Assembly (NCBI GenBank): GCA_044344255.1
Contig: JBIJDH010000018.1
Coordinates: forward strand, 64,001-128,000
Origin: Myxococcota bacterium
GTDB taxonomy: Bacteria; Myxococcota_A; UBA796; UBA2385
DNA length: 64,000 bases
Direction: 5' to 3'
Shown here: positions 50,064 through 59,549 of the stretch, piece after piece
Layout: each line of letters starts with the position of its first letter
How positions within the stretch are numbered: position 1 is the first letter of the stretch
Notes under the pieces: model-generated
Seen by the model: only the letters and a program-made list of their open reading frames with translations
What the model was told of the DNA's origin: nothing
Database searches by the model: none
Position numbers and translations under genes: made by a program

Positions 50064-52608
50064 GCGCGGCGGCGCTGCCCGCCAGATTGAGCTGCTCCAC
50101 TGCGGGTGGACCCTGCTCGGCACCCTCCCCGGGGCCTTCGCGGGCCCGTCCGAGCTCCCCGAGGTCGGCTGGGGGCCGGCGGTGGTGCCGGGCACGGTGG
50201 CCCAGGCCCTCCGCCTCGATCTCGACCGCCCGCCCGACCTCGAGGCCGAGGACTGGTGGTACCGCTGCACCCTCCCGGCGGGGCCGTCGGGCGGGGACAT
50301 GGCGGTGCTCTGCCTCGATGGCCTCGCCACCCTCGCCGAGGTCTTCCTGAACGGGGAGCGGCTGCTCGTCTCCCGCTCGATGTTCCGCCGGCACCGCCTC
50401 CGGGTGGAGCTCCGGGGCGACGACGCGCTGGCGATCTGCTTCCGCGCCCTCCGCCCCGAGCTCGAGCGGCGGCGCCCCCGCCCGCGCTGGAAGGCGGCGC
50501 TCGTGGAGGAGGGGAACGTCCGCTGGCTGCGCACGACGCTGCTCGGGCGCATCCCCGGCTGGACGCCGCGGCTCCCCCCGGTGGGCCCCTATCGGTCGAT
50601 CCGTCTGGAGCGTTGGGACGCGGTGGCGCTGCGGCGCCTGGAGCTCAGCCCCCGCCTCGACGGGGACCTCGGGCGCGTCGGCCTCTCCGCCGAGCTCCGC
50701 CCCCTGGAGGGGGTGACCGTCACCGCCGCCCGCCTGTCGGTGGGGGAGTGGGACTTCCCGCTCGCGCTCGTGCCGGGCGAGGACGAGGCCGGGGCGCCGG
50801 TGCTGGGCGTGCAGGCCGAGGTCTATCTGCAGGACCCCCCGCGCTGGTGGCCCCACGGCCACGGGGCGCAGCCGCTGTTGCCCACCGCGCTGCACCTCGA
50901 GACCTCGGTGGGAGAGCGGGTGATCGACTGTGGGCCGGTCGGCTTCCGTTCGGTCTCGCTCGACCGCGAGGGGGGCCGGGTCTCGCTCCGCGTGAACGGG
51001 CGGGCCATCTTCTGTCGCGGCGCCTGTTGGACCGTGGAGGACGCCCGCAGCCTCGACGGGCCGCCCGGCGCTATCACCGCCACGCTCCGCCGAGCCCGCG
51101 AGGGCGGCCTGAACATGCTGCGCATCGGCGGCACGATGGTCTATGGGAGCGACGAGCTCTATCAGGCGGCGGACGCGCTCGGTGTCCTCGTCTGGCAGGA
51201 CCTCTCCTTCGCCAACCTCGACTACCCCTTCGCGGACCCTGATTTTTGCCGCGAGGCCACGGAGGAGGTGGAGGAGCAGCTCCGCCGCCTCCGCCGGCAC
51301 CCGAGCCTCGCGGTCTGGTGCGGGAACAGCGAGATCCAGCAGCAGGTGGCGATGCTCGGCCTGCCGCGGGAGCTGTGGGCCGACCCCTTCTTCACCGAGG
51401 CCGTGCCCGACCTCGTCCGCGCCCTGCACCCGGGCGCGGCCTACTTCCCCTCCACGCCCTGTGAGGGCGCCCTCCCCTTTCACACCGCGACCGGCCTCAC
51501 CCACTACTATGGGGTCGGGGCCTATCGGCGGCCCCTCTCCGATGTCCGGGCGGCCCGGGTGCGCTTCAGCCCCGAGTGCCTCGGCTTCTCGAACGTGCCC
51601 GACCAGCTCGCCCTCGAGCGGTTGAGCGGCGGCGCCCTGCCGCTCCCGCACCAGCCCGCCTGGAAGGCCGGCGTGCCGCGGGACGCCGGCGCGGGCTGGG
51701 ACTTCGAGGACGTGCGAGACCACTATCTCCAGTCCTTGTTCGGGGTTGACCCTGTCGCGCTCCGCAGCGTCGATCCGGAGCGTTACTTCGCCCTCTCCCG
51801 CGCCGTCACCGGCGAGCTGATGTTGCGGGTCTTCGCCGAGTGGAGGCGGCCGGCGGGCCCCCGCGGCGACGGCGGCAGCGGCTGCGGCGGCGCCCTCGTC
51901 TGGTTCTTGAAGGACCTCCGCCCCGGCGCCGGCTGGGGCATCCTCGACGACCAGGGTCGCCCGAAGGCGGCCTATTGGTACCTCCGCCGCGCCTGGGCGG
52001 GCCGCGCGGTCTTGATGACCGAGGAGGGGCAGGACGGCGTCGATCTGCACGTCCACAACGAGCACCCTGAGCCCCTGGTGGCCACGGTGGAGCTCGAGCT
52101 GCTGCGCGGGGGGCGCCAGCGGGTCGGCTGGGCGGCCCACCCCGTCACGCTCGAGCCCTGGGGCGCCCTCACCCTGCAAGGGGACGCCTTGCTCCCCTCC
52201 TTCTCTGACCTCGCCCTGGCCTATCGTTTCGGGCCGCCGGGCCATGACGTCGTGGTGGCGCGGCTCGTCGGGGAGGGGGGCGCGCTCCTCCACGAGGACG
52301 CCGTCTTCCCGGGCGGGCACACGCTGCGGCCGGTGGAGGTCGGCGCCCTCCGCGCCCACGTCGCGCCCGCCGCCGACGGCGCGCTTTGGCTGCACCTCCG
52401 CGCCGAGGCCTTCCTCCAGACCGTCACGATCACGAGCCCGGGCTGGGAGGTCGAGGAGGACTGCCTCCACCTCTCTCCGGGGCGAGAGCGGGCGCTGCGC
52501 CTGACCGCGCTGCCGGTCGCCGCGGGGGCGCGGGCCCGGCCCTTCAAGGCGGAGGTGAGCGCGCTCAACCTCGAGGGCAGCCTGACCGTGCGGGGGCCCG
52601 CCGCCTGA
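50056..52608 (+). CDS. Glycoside hydrolase family 2 protein (beta-mannosidase-like)
   Basis: DGLATLAEVFLNG, WWPHGHGAQPL, VGFR, RGACW, NMLRIGG, VWQD, HPSLAVWCGNSE; no signal peptide. Confidence 0.88.
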   Translation: MAERGGAARQIELLHCGWTLLGTLPGAFAGPSELPEVGWGPAVVPGTVAQALRLDLDRPPDLEAEDWWYRCTLPAGPSGGDMAVLCLDGLATLAEVFLNGERLLVSRSMFRRHRLRVELRGDDALAICFRALRPELERRRPRPRWKAALVEEGNVRWLRTTLLGRIPGWTPRLPPVGPYRSIRLERWDAVALRRLELSPRLDGDLGRVGLSAELRPLEGVTVTAARLSVGEWDFPLALVPGEDEAGAPVLGVQAEVYLQDPPRWWPHGHGAQPLLPTALHLETSVGERVIDCGPVGFRSVSLDREGGRVSLRVNGRAIFCRGACWTVEDARSLDGPPGAITATLRRAREGGLNMLRIGGTMVYGSDELYQAADALGVLVWQDLSFANLDYPFADPDFCREATEEVEEQLRRLRRHPSLAVWCGNSEIQQQVAMLGLPRELWADPFFTEAVPDLVRALHPGAAYFPSTPCEGALPFHTATGLTHYYGVGAYRRPLSDVRAARVRFSPECLGFSNVPDQLALERLSGGALPLPHQPAWKAGVPRDAGAGWDFEDVRDHYLQSLFGVDPVALRSVDPERYFALSRAVTGELMLRVFAEWRRPAGPRGDGGSGCGGALVWFLKDLRPGAGWGILDDQGRPKAAYWYLRRAWAGRAVLMTEEGQDGVDLHVHNEHPEPLVATVELELLRGGRQRVGWAAHPVTLEPWGALTLQGDALLPSFSDLALAYRFGPPGHDVVVARLVGEGGALLHEDAVFPGGHTLRPVEVGALRAHVAPAADGALWLHLRAEAFLQTVTITSPGWEVEEDCLHLSPGRERALRLTALPVAAGARARPFKAEVSALNLEGSLTVRGPAA

Positions 52609-52646
52609 GGGCCCGTTAGGGGGCGGGTGGACGGAGGGGGAGGCCC

Positions 52647-53276
52647 ATGTTCATCGGATGGCTCCTGATCGCGCTCGGGCTCGCCCGCGGCGCCCCCCGC
52701 CCGCCGCCCGAGGGCTGGACCGACCTGTGCACCCTGCCCGGCCTGCTCTTCGAGGTGGGCTATGCCACGGCGCAGAATTTCACCGGGGCGCCGCTCCCTG
52801 GCTATGGCGAGCCCGGAGCCTGGCTGCGGAGCGCCCCCGCCGCCGCCCTGGCCGGGGCTCAGCGGGCGGCCGAGGGAGAGGGTCTCGCGATCCTCGTCTA
52901 TGACGCCTATCGTCCAGAGCGGGCCAGCCGAGCGATGGTCGAGTGGGCGAAGCGGGAGGGCCAGCTCCGTCTTGTCACCGACGGCTACGTCGCGGCCCGC
53001 TCCCGACACAACCGCGGCGTCGCCGTTGACCTCACCCTCGCCCGGGACGGTCAGCCTCTCGACATGGGCACCCCCTGGGACCACTTCTCCGAGGCCAGCC
53101 ATGGTGTCAACGCGGAGGGCCTCCCGCGAGAGAACCGGGACCGCCTCTCCCGTATCCTGGTCGCCGCTGGCTTTCGGCCCTATTCGAAGGAGTGGTGGCA
53201 CTTCTCCTGGCCCGCGGACGCCGCCCCCATCGACATCCCGTACGAGGATGACATCCCTGACGAGGACAGCCCATGA
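52647..53276 (+). CDS. D-alanyl-D-alanine dipeptidase (VanX/DdpX, peptidase M15D)
   Basis: YDAYRP, SRHNRGVAVDLTL, LDMGTPWDHF, EWWHF. Confidence 0.93.
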   Translation: MFIGWLLIALGLARGAPRPPPEGWTDLCTLPGLLFEVGYATAQNFTGAPLPGYGEPGAWLRSAPAAALAGAQRAAEGEGLAILVYDAYRPERASRAMVEWAKREGQLRLVTDGYVAARSRHNRGVAVDLTLARDGQPLDMGTPWDHFSEASHGVNAEGLPRENRDRLSRILVAAGFRPYSKEWWHFSWPADAAPIDIPYEDDIPDEDSP

Positions 53277-54604
53277 ATCGCCTGAAGAAGGTCGGCGCCC
53301 CCCTGTTCGGCCTGTTTTTGCTCGGGGCGGCCCCCTCCGCGCCGGCCGCCCCGGGCGCGGAGGGCCCCGCGTGGCGGCAGCTCCGCGCCCCCGCGGCCTC
53401 CGCGAGCTCCTATCTCAAGAGCAACTGGAACAAGTACGAAGAGAACTACCACCCGAACTACGTGCTCGACGGAGACCCGCGCACCGCCTGGGTGGAGGGA
53501 GACGCGGGTGATGGTGTGGGGGCCACCCTCTCGATCCCCCTCTCCACGCTCTCTTCGGCGCGGGCGATCAAGCTGCGGGTCCGCAACGGCTATCAGAAGA
53601 GCGAGGCGCTGCTGCTGGCCAACGGCGCCCCCTCGGCGGTGACCGCCACCGTCACCCGGCACGGCGCGCCGGTGGCGAGCCTGCCGCTCACCCTGTCGGC
53701 GACGATGGGCTGGCAGGAGTTCACCCTCCCAGTCCCCGCGGGAGCGTCGATCGACGGGGTCGAGCTCCGGCTGGAGTCGGTGCGAGCGGGGAAGACCTAC
53801 AAGGACACCTGCATCTCGGACGTCGAGCTGTGGTCGGACTCCGACGTGCCCTACGCCGCCGCGGTCGAGGCGGCCAAGCACGCTGCGGTGGTCGGCTGGA
53901 TCGGCGAGCGGGTCGCGGCGGCGCGGTACTTCGCCGCCCTCCCGCCGAGCTGGCCCTACGCCGGCACCGACCTCCAGTGGAGGGACCTCCCCACCCGCTC
54001 CGAGGCCGCCTTTGAGGCGGCGGCCGGCCCGCTCCGGGCGGCGGCGAGCGCGGTCCTGGCGCAGGGGCCGCGCTACAAGCCGGCCTTTCAGACGACCTGG
54101 CGGGACCCGGACGGGGTCTATGAGCCCGCGCTCCTGTCCTCCTTCCTCCTGTCCGCCAACGTCTCCTTCTTCGAGACGGACAAGGAGGTCGTCAAGGACC
54201 TCCGAACCACCGACGACGAGTACGCGCGGGAGGACGCCCTCCGCGATCTCCACGTCGAGTGGGCCGGGGCGGACCAGCGCACCGCCGCCGGTGTGGCCTA
54301 TCGCCACCGCAGCGTCTGGGACGAGCGGACCTTGACCACCCGAAATCGCGAAGTCTATCTTCAGTACGACGCCCAGGGCCGGCTGGCCCGGTGGTGGACC
54401 TTGGCGAACGAGCAGGAGGGCTCTGGCCGCTGCGGCGCCACTCGAGCGGAGACGGTGGGGGTGGTGGTCTGGAGCGCCGCTGGCAAGGTGGAGGGGCTGG
54501 AGTCTGTCGAGCGCTACATGAACCACCGCTACGACGACGCCGCGGGCGACTGCGCAGCGGCCTGGACCACGGAGCTCCGGGTGCAGGCGGGGGCATTCCG
54601 CTGA
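53273..54604 (+). CDS. Exported protein with N-terminal discoidin-like / glycan-binding-type domain
   Basis: Signal peptide; ASSYL, DGDPRTAWVEG, NGYQKS, YKDTCISDVE; ATGA-coupled to the dipeptidase. Confidence 0.7.
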   Translation: MNRLKKVGAPLFGLFLLGAAPSAPAAPGAEGPAWRQLRAPAASASSYLKSNWNKYEENYHPNYVLDGDPRTAWVEGDAGDGVGATLSIPLSTLSSARAIKLRVRNGYQKSEALLLANGAPSAVTATVTRHGAPVASLPLTLSATMGWQEFTLPVPAGASIDGVELRLESVRAGKTYKDTCISDVELWSDSDVPYAAAVEAAKHAAVVGWIGERVAAARYFAALPPSWPYAGTDLQWRDLPTRSEAAFEAAAGPLRAAASAVLAQGPRYKPAFQTTWRDPDGVYEPALLSSFLLSANVSFFETDKEVVKDLRTTDDEYAREDALRDLHVEWAGADQRTAAGVAYRHRSVWDERTLTTRNREVYLQYDAQGRLARWWTLANEQEGSGRCGATRAETVGVVVWSAAGKVEGLESVERYMNHRYDDAAGDCAAAWTTELRVQAGAFR

Positions 54605-55626
54605 GCGGGCTCCCGCTGAGCTGGCTCCCGCTGCTGCTGCTCGTGGGCTTCGACTGGGGGCTCGATCCGGCGCGGCGGCCCCTCGAGGGGCCCTTCGTGA
54701 GCGCGGCGGTCTGCCTCGACTGCCACCCGGCGCAGGTGGCGGAGTGGCGCCCCAGCCGACACGCGCGCGCCTGGACCGACGAGGTCTTTCGAGAGGGCTT
54801 CATCCAGGAGCCGCTCGAGCCCTGCGCCTCCTGCCACGCCCCCTTCGCCGAGCAGAGCCGCGAGGCCCTCCGCAACCTGCCGCATTACCGCTCTCGCCGG
54901 CGGGTGGACGGGGGGCCGATCGTGCCCGCGCTGCCGGAGCCGAAGGCCGAGGAGGGGGTGACCTGCGCGGTCTGTCACCTCCGCGGCGGCGTGGTGGTCG
55001 GGCCCGGCCTCGGCGGCGTGGCGGCTCACCCCGTCGAGGTCAGCCCCGGCCTCCGCGACGGCGAGGTCTGTCGGCCCTGCCACGAATTTCCTTTTGTGGA
55101 GTCGGTAGACGGGCGGCTCGTGGTCACCGACGAGCCCATGCAGCGCACCTGGACCGAGTGGCGCGCCAGCGGCTCGACGGAGACCTGCGTGGGCTGCCAC
55201 ATGCCGGCCGGCAGCCACCGCCTCCGCGGCATCGATGATCTGGACTGGCTCCGCGCCTCGGTGGTGGTGAGCGCGGACGCCGCCGGCTTCACGCTCCACA
55301 GCGTCGGGGTCGGCCACAACCTGCCCACGGGGGACCTCTTCCGCCGCCTCAGCCTGGAGGTGGAGGGGGCGGTGGTGGCAGAGCTCGGGCGCCGCTTCGC
55401 CCTCCGCGAGGAGGCCGACGGCCTGCACAAGCGCGAGGTCGCCGACACCACCCTCCGCCCCGGGGAGGCGCGCCGCGTCCCCTACCCGGGCGCCGATCGG
55501 GCCCGCTGGCGCCTGCTGTACCACAAGGGCTCGCCGGAGGACGAGGCGCGGGCCCGAGTCTCCTCTGATCGGCTGGTGATCGAGCTCGCCGCCTCCCCCA
55601 GCGCGCGGGGCGCCGGCCGAGAGTGA
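54601..55626 (+). CDS. Pentaheme c-type cytochrome
   Basis: Five CXXCH motifs: CLDCH, CASCH, CAVCH, CRPCH, CVGCH; VGHNLPTGD. Start uncertain (CTG 54601 ahead of a hydrophobic leader, or GTG 54643). Confidence 0.85.
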   Translation: MSGLPLSWLPLLLLVGFDWGLDPARRPLEGPFVSAAVCLDCHPAQVAEWRPSRHARAWTDEVFREGFIQEPLEPCASCHAPFAEQSREALRNLPHYRSRRRVDGGPIVPALPEPKAEEGVTCAVCHLRGGVVVGPGLGGVAAHPVEVSPGLRDGEVCRPCHEFPFVESVDGRLVVTDEPMQRTWTEWRASGSTETCVGCHMPAGSHRLRGIDDLDWLRASVVVSADAAGFTLHSVGVGHNLPTGDLFRRLSLEVEGAVVAELGRRFALREEADGLHKREVADTTLRPGEARRVPYPGADRARWRLLYHKGSPEDEARARVSSDRLVIELAASPSARGAGRE

Positions 55627-55784
55627 CGGATGTGGGAAGTGTGAGGGGTCCGCCGATCGGGGAGGTCCGATAGCGGGGTGGGGCGGGCGATGGCCGCTGT
55701 CCCTCGTGGCCCAGTCCAATTTCCTCTCGCTGATCCCCGAATCCCCAGCCTCGAAAACCCTGTTCACTGTGTTGGAGTGCACTC

Positions 55785-58448
55785 ATGCGCCTCGAACGTC
55801 TCTTGTTCACGCTCGCCTTCGCCGCCACCCTCCCCGGCTGCGGGGACAAGGATGACACCGCCGCACCCCCCTCGGACGATGGCGGAGATGAGACCGGCGC
55901 GCCTTGCGAGGATGAGGTGCCTCCCGAGCTCTGTGACGGCCTCGACAACGACAACGACGGCGCCGTAGACGAGGACTTCAGCGACGCCGACCTCGACGGT
56001 ACGGCCGACTGCATGGAGACCACCGACGAGTGTGACCACATCGACAACGACGGCGACGGGGCCGTGGACGAAGACGGCGGTGACGCCGATGAAGACGGCA
56101 TCGTAGACTGCGACGACGTCGAGGACTGTGACTGTGTCGACAACAACGGCGACGGCACGGTGGACGAGGGCTGCGCCTACGAGCTCGGCATCACCGCCTC
56201 GGGCGACGACACCGCCACCCTCTATGTGGACGGGGCCACCATCGGCGGCACCTCGGGCTGGTCTGTCCCCGGCTCCTTCGCGGTCGGCGTGAGCGGGAGC
56301 CAGCACTGGGTGGCCGCCACCGTCTCCGACGTGAGCGGCGTACAGGCTGGCTTTATCGCCGCCGTCTATGTCAACGGCGTGCTCACCTCCGTCACCGGCG
56401 ACGGATCCTGGTTCGGCTCCACCGGCTCCCCCTCCGCGGCGGGCTGGGCCACCTCCACCGCCGGCCTGTCCGAGGCCACCGTGGCCTCGTGCACCTGGGG
56501 CGGCCTCCCCGCCTTCACCGGCACGGGGGCGGAGTGGGTCTGGGAGGGTGACTGCGCCGATGAGCGCAGCTTCCCCCGCGCCTGGTACGTGGCCGAGATC
56601 AACATCTGCCCCGAGTCCGAGACCTGTGACGGGGAGGACAACGACGGGGACGGCGAGGCCGACGAGGGCTTCGGCGACATCGACGAGGACGGCGTCGCCG
56701 ACTGTGTAGACATCGAAGACTGCGACGGCCTCGACAACACGGGCGAGGGGCTGATCGACGAGGACCTCCCGGACAGCGACGGCGACGGCACCTGCGACGA
56801 GCGCGACAAGGAAGAGTGTGACGGCCTCGACAACGACGGCAACGGTGAGGTCGACGAGCTCTACAACGACACGGACGGCGACGGCATCGCCGACTGTATC
56901 GACGAGGAGGAGTGTGACGGCCTCGACAACGACGGTGACGGCGGCATTGACGAGGGCTACGGCGACAGCGACGAAGACGGGACGGCCGACTGCGTCGACA
57001 AGGAGGAGTGTGATGGCCTCGACAACGACGGCGACGGGAAGGTGGACGAGCTCTGGGGCGACGTGGACGGTGACTCCATCGTGGACTGCCTCGACGTCGA
57101 GGACTGTGACGGCATCGACAACGACGGCGACGGCGCGGTCGATGAGGATTGGGCCGACACCGACGGCGACGGCGTGGGCGACTGCGAGCCCGAGGCCTGT
57201 GACTGCGAGGACAACGACGGCGACGGCCTCGTGGACGAGGACTGCAAGTACAGCCTGTCCGTGATCGGCGCCGCCGACGACACCTTTGACCTCTACCTCG
57301 ACGGCGCGGCCTGGGGCACGGGCTCGGGCTGGGGCACGCCCGACACCTTCACCACCTCGGTGATGGGCGGCACGCACCACATCGCCGCCGAGGCGAGCGA
57401 CATCTACGGCGCCTACGCGGGCTTCGCGGCGGTGGTCTCCGTGGACGGCGTCGATCAGGCCGCCACGGGGGACGGGCTGTTCATGGGAGAGGCGGGCGTG
57501 CCGACCGGCACGGGCTGGAGCACCTCGACCCTCGGCCTCTCGAGCGAGCAGGTGGTGGTCGGCCCCTGGGGGCTGCCGGGTGACCTCGCAGGTACGGGCG
57601 CCGAGTGGGTGTGGCAGGGCGGCAGCATGGAGTCGGACTCGGACTGGGTGACCGACAGCTACTACGTGCTCGAGCTCGACCTCTGCGGCAGCTACGAGCC
57701 CGAGGTCTGTGACGGCGTGGACAACGACGAAGACGGAGAGATCGACGAGGGCTACTCGGACGTGGACGAAGACGGCGTCGCCGACTGCGTGGACGAAGAG
57801 ACCTGCGGCGACGAGCTCGACAACGACGGCGACGGCTCGGTGGACGAGGACTGCATCGGCGACTGCCCGGCCCCCACCTACAAGAGCGTCTGCACCATCA
57901 CCCTGTCCTCGGGCGCGGTGAGCTGCACCGGCGCCAACCCGATGACCCTCATCAGTACGAGCTCGGGCTACACCTACGAGCTCCAGATGGCGGAGTTCGA
58001 CATCGCCACCTTCAACACCCTGTTCTCGGGGCCGAAGGACTGGGCCCTGCACATCTCGGACTCCCCCACCGGCGACGGCAACAGCGGGGACGGCGGGGAC
58101 TTCGAGAACGACTCGGAGTTCCAGGTCTTCGGCACCTCGGTGGCGCTCTACGGCTCCGACGTGGTGAGCTCGGCCCTCCAGTTCAGTCAGTCCTCGGCCT
58201 TCGCGACCTACGAGGAGACGGAGTCCGTCCTCTGTGACAGCTACTTCTCCTTCGAGAGCAGCACCACCTTCCTCGAGGCGCGCGGCGCCGGGGTGTTCCA
58301 GATTGACGGCGATGAGCCCGACAGCGGCTCGGCGGCGAGCGGCGGCTTCAATGACCGGGCGGTCTACCTCGGCGTCAATCGAGTGGTGGGCTCCACGTCG
58401 CGGACGGGCTCGGGCGTGAAGGCGATCACGGTCACCTTCGGGAAGTGA
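55785..58448 (+). CDS. Lipoprotein with 12 Cys/Asp-rich putative metal-binding repeats and two duplicated lectin-like domains
   Basis: Lipobox LPGC; E.CDG.DNDGDG.VDE units in 3+7+2 arrangement; duplicated domain DDT..LY(V/L)DG...GTGAEWVW. Confidence 0.82.
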   Translation: MRLERLLFTLAFAATLPGCGDKDDTAAPPSDDGGDETGAPCEDEVPPELCDGLDNDNDGAVDEDFSDADLDGTADCMETTDECDHIDNDGDGAVDEDGGDADEDGIVDCDDVEDCDCVDNNGDGTVDEGCAYELGITASGDDTATLYVDGATIGGTSGWSVPGSFAVGVSGSQHWVAATVSDVSGVQAGFIAAVYVNGVLTSVTGDGSWFGSTGSPSAAGWATSTAGLSEATVASCTWGGLPAFTGTGAEWVWEGDCADERSFPRAWYVAEINICPESETCDGEDNDGDGEADEGFGDIDEDGVADCVDIEDCDGLDNTGEGLIDEDLPDSDGDGTCDERDKEECDGLDNDGNGEVDELYNDTDGDGIADCIDEEECDGLDNDGDGGIDEGYGDSDEDGTADCVDKEECDGLDNDGDGKVDELWGDVDGDSIVDCLDVEDCDGIDNDGDGAVDEDWADTDGDGVGDCEPEACDCEDNDGDGLVDEDCKYSLSVIGAADDTFDLYLDGAAWGTGSGWGTPDTFTTSVMGGTHHIAAEASDIYGAYAGFAAVVSVDGVDQAATGDGLFMGEAGVPTGTGWSTSTLGLSSEQVVVGPWGLPGDLAGTGAEWVWQGGSMESDSDWVTDSYYVLELDLCGSYEPEVCDGVDNDEDGEIDEGYSDVDEDGVADCVDEETCGDELDNDGDGSVDEDCIGDCPAPTYKSVCTITLSSGAVSCTGANPMTLISTSSGYTYELQMAEFDIATFNTLFSGPKDWALHISDSPTGDGNSGDGGDFENDSEFQVFGTSVALYGSDVVSSALQFSQSSAFATYEETESVLCDSYFSFESSTTFLEARGAGVFQIDGDEPDSGSAASGGFNDRAVYLGVNRVVGSTSRTGSGVKAITVTFGK

Positions 58449-58500
58449 CCCCGCATGGGCCGCCGGGGGCCCCCGCGGGGGCGACCCGGCGCGCCGCGCG

Positions 58501-58523
58501 CCCTATTCGGGGATGATGGGGGG
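58501..58523. repeat. 23-bp direct repeat, copy 1
   Basis: ccctattcggggatgatgggggg; 22/23 identical to 59613-59635. Confidence 0.85.
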
Positions 58524-58689
58524 GCCTGAGCTCTGCCCGCCGTCCCATTGGTACCGGTTCCCGGTCCGCACGTCGGCGTAGTTGTAGACGGTGGGGGTGA
58601 CGTACCTCTGCCCCTCCCGCTCCAGGCCGACCTCGTCGCTCGACCGCCGCGGCCGCAAAGGCGGCGGCGAGCGCTATGTGATCAGCCAT
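58503..58689 (-). pseudogene. Short frameshifted ORF remnant ending in GPPIIPE*
   Basis: Minus strand MADHIALAAAFAAAAVE, frame change, DEVGLEREGQRYVTPTVYNYADVRTGNRYQWDGGQSSGPPIIPE*. Joining the two frames is my inference. Confidence 0.35.
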
Positions 58690-58696
58690 GGGGGCA

Positions 58697-59315
58697 GGGG
58701 GTATCGGCGGCCCTGCTCGCGACCATGCCCGAGTACCGGGACCGTTTCGGACCGCAGATCCTCGCCGCCGACGTTCGTATCGGCGTACGCGCCGTGGCCA
58801 TCCTCTTCACCGACCTCACCGGCTCGGCCGCCCTCTATCACGAGCAGGGTGACGCCGCGGCCTTCCGTTTTGTCCACGAGCACTTCGCCATCCTGGAGGC
58901 GGCGGTGGTGGGCAATCAGGGCGTGCGGGTGAAGACCATCGGGGATGCGCTGATGGCCGCCTTTCACAGCCCCTCAGACGCCGTGCGGGCCGCCACGGAG
59001 ATGATGGAGGGCTTCCGCAAATGGGTGGGGAGCTGGGCCCTCAAACGACAGCCCGGCCTCAAGGTGGGAATCCACTTCGGCCCCGCGATGGCCGTCCACA
59101 CCGATGGTGCGGGCCTCGACTACTTTGGCGGCACGGTGAACCTCGCGGCCCGGGCCGAGGGGAAGGCCTCCGGCGGCGTGGCCGTATGGACAGAGGCCGT
59201 ACAGTCTGACCCTGGGGTGCTCGCCTTCCTACAGGCGGGTGGCCGGCAGGCAGAGCCCTTTCTGGCCGATGTGAAGGGGCTGCCAGAGCCCGTCACCCTC
59301 TATCGGCTGGCTTGA
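58697..59315 (+). pseudogene. 5'-truncated class III adenylate/guanylate cyclase (catalytic domain intact; may be translated from ATG 58725)
   Basis: ILFTDLTGS, VKTIGDALMAAF, LKVGIHFGP, DYFGGTVNLAARAE. The preceding segment (..EYRDRFGPQIL..) looks like the linker of longer cyclases whose N-terminal domain is missing here. Confidence 0.7.
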
Positions 59316-59428
59316 ATGGGTGGCGCCGATCACGTTGCCGAAGACGAGGTCACTCGCGGTGCGGAGGCGCTGGGCCGTCGGCGCGTCCTGCACGCCACCC
59401 CGGCGCCCACCCACCCCTGGAGCCTCCC

Positions 59429-59539
59429 ATGAACGCCCCCATCAAGCCTGTCTTCGCCTCCTCCTCCCGCGTCTCTGTCACCGTCAAGACCGGCCTCCGC
59501 GCTGGCCGCGCCCTCGAGGAGGGACAGAAGCGCGGCTGA
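59429..59539 (+). CDS. 36-aa peptide, possible precursor with VKTGLRAG leader motif
   Basis: MNAPIKPVFASSSRVSVTVKTGLRAGRALEEGQKRG*; GGAG SD at 59419-59422; followed by a hairpin. Confidence 0.65.
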   Translation: MNAPIKPVFASSSRVSVTVKTGLRAGRALEEGQKRG

Positions 59540-59549
59540 GGGACAGAGA

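Noticed and set aside
52647..53276. Vancomycin resistance cluster (vanX)
   Set aside because: No vanH, vanA/B or vanRS nearby; stand-alone M15D dipeptidases are widespread.
55900..57860. Regularly spaced DNA repeats that could suggest a CRISPR array or DGR
   Set aside because: They are in-frame, degenerate protein repeats with synonymous variation; no cas or reverse transcriptase gene is present.
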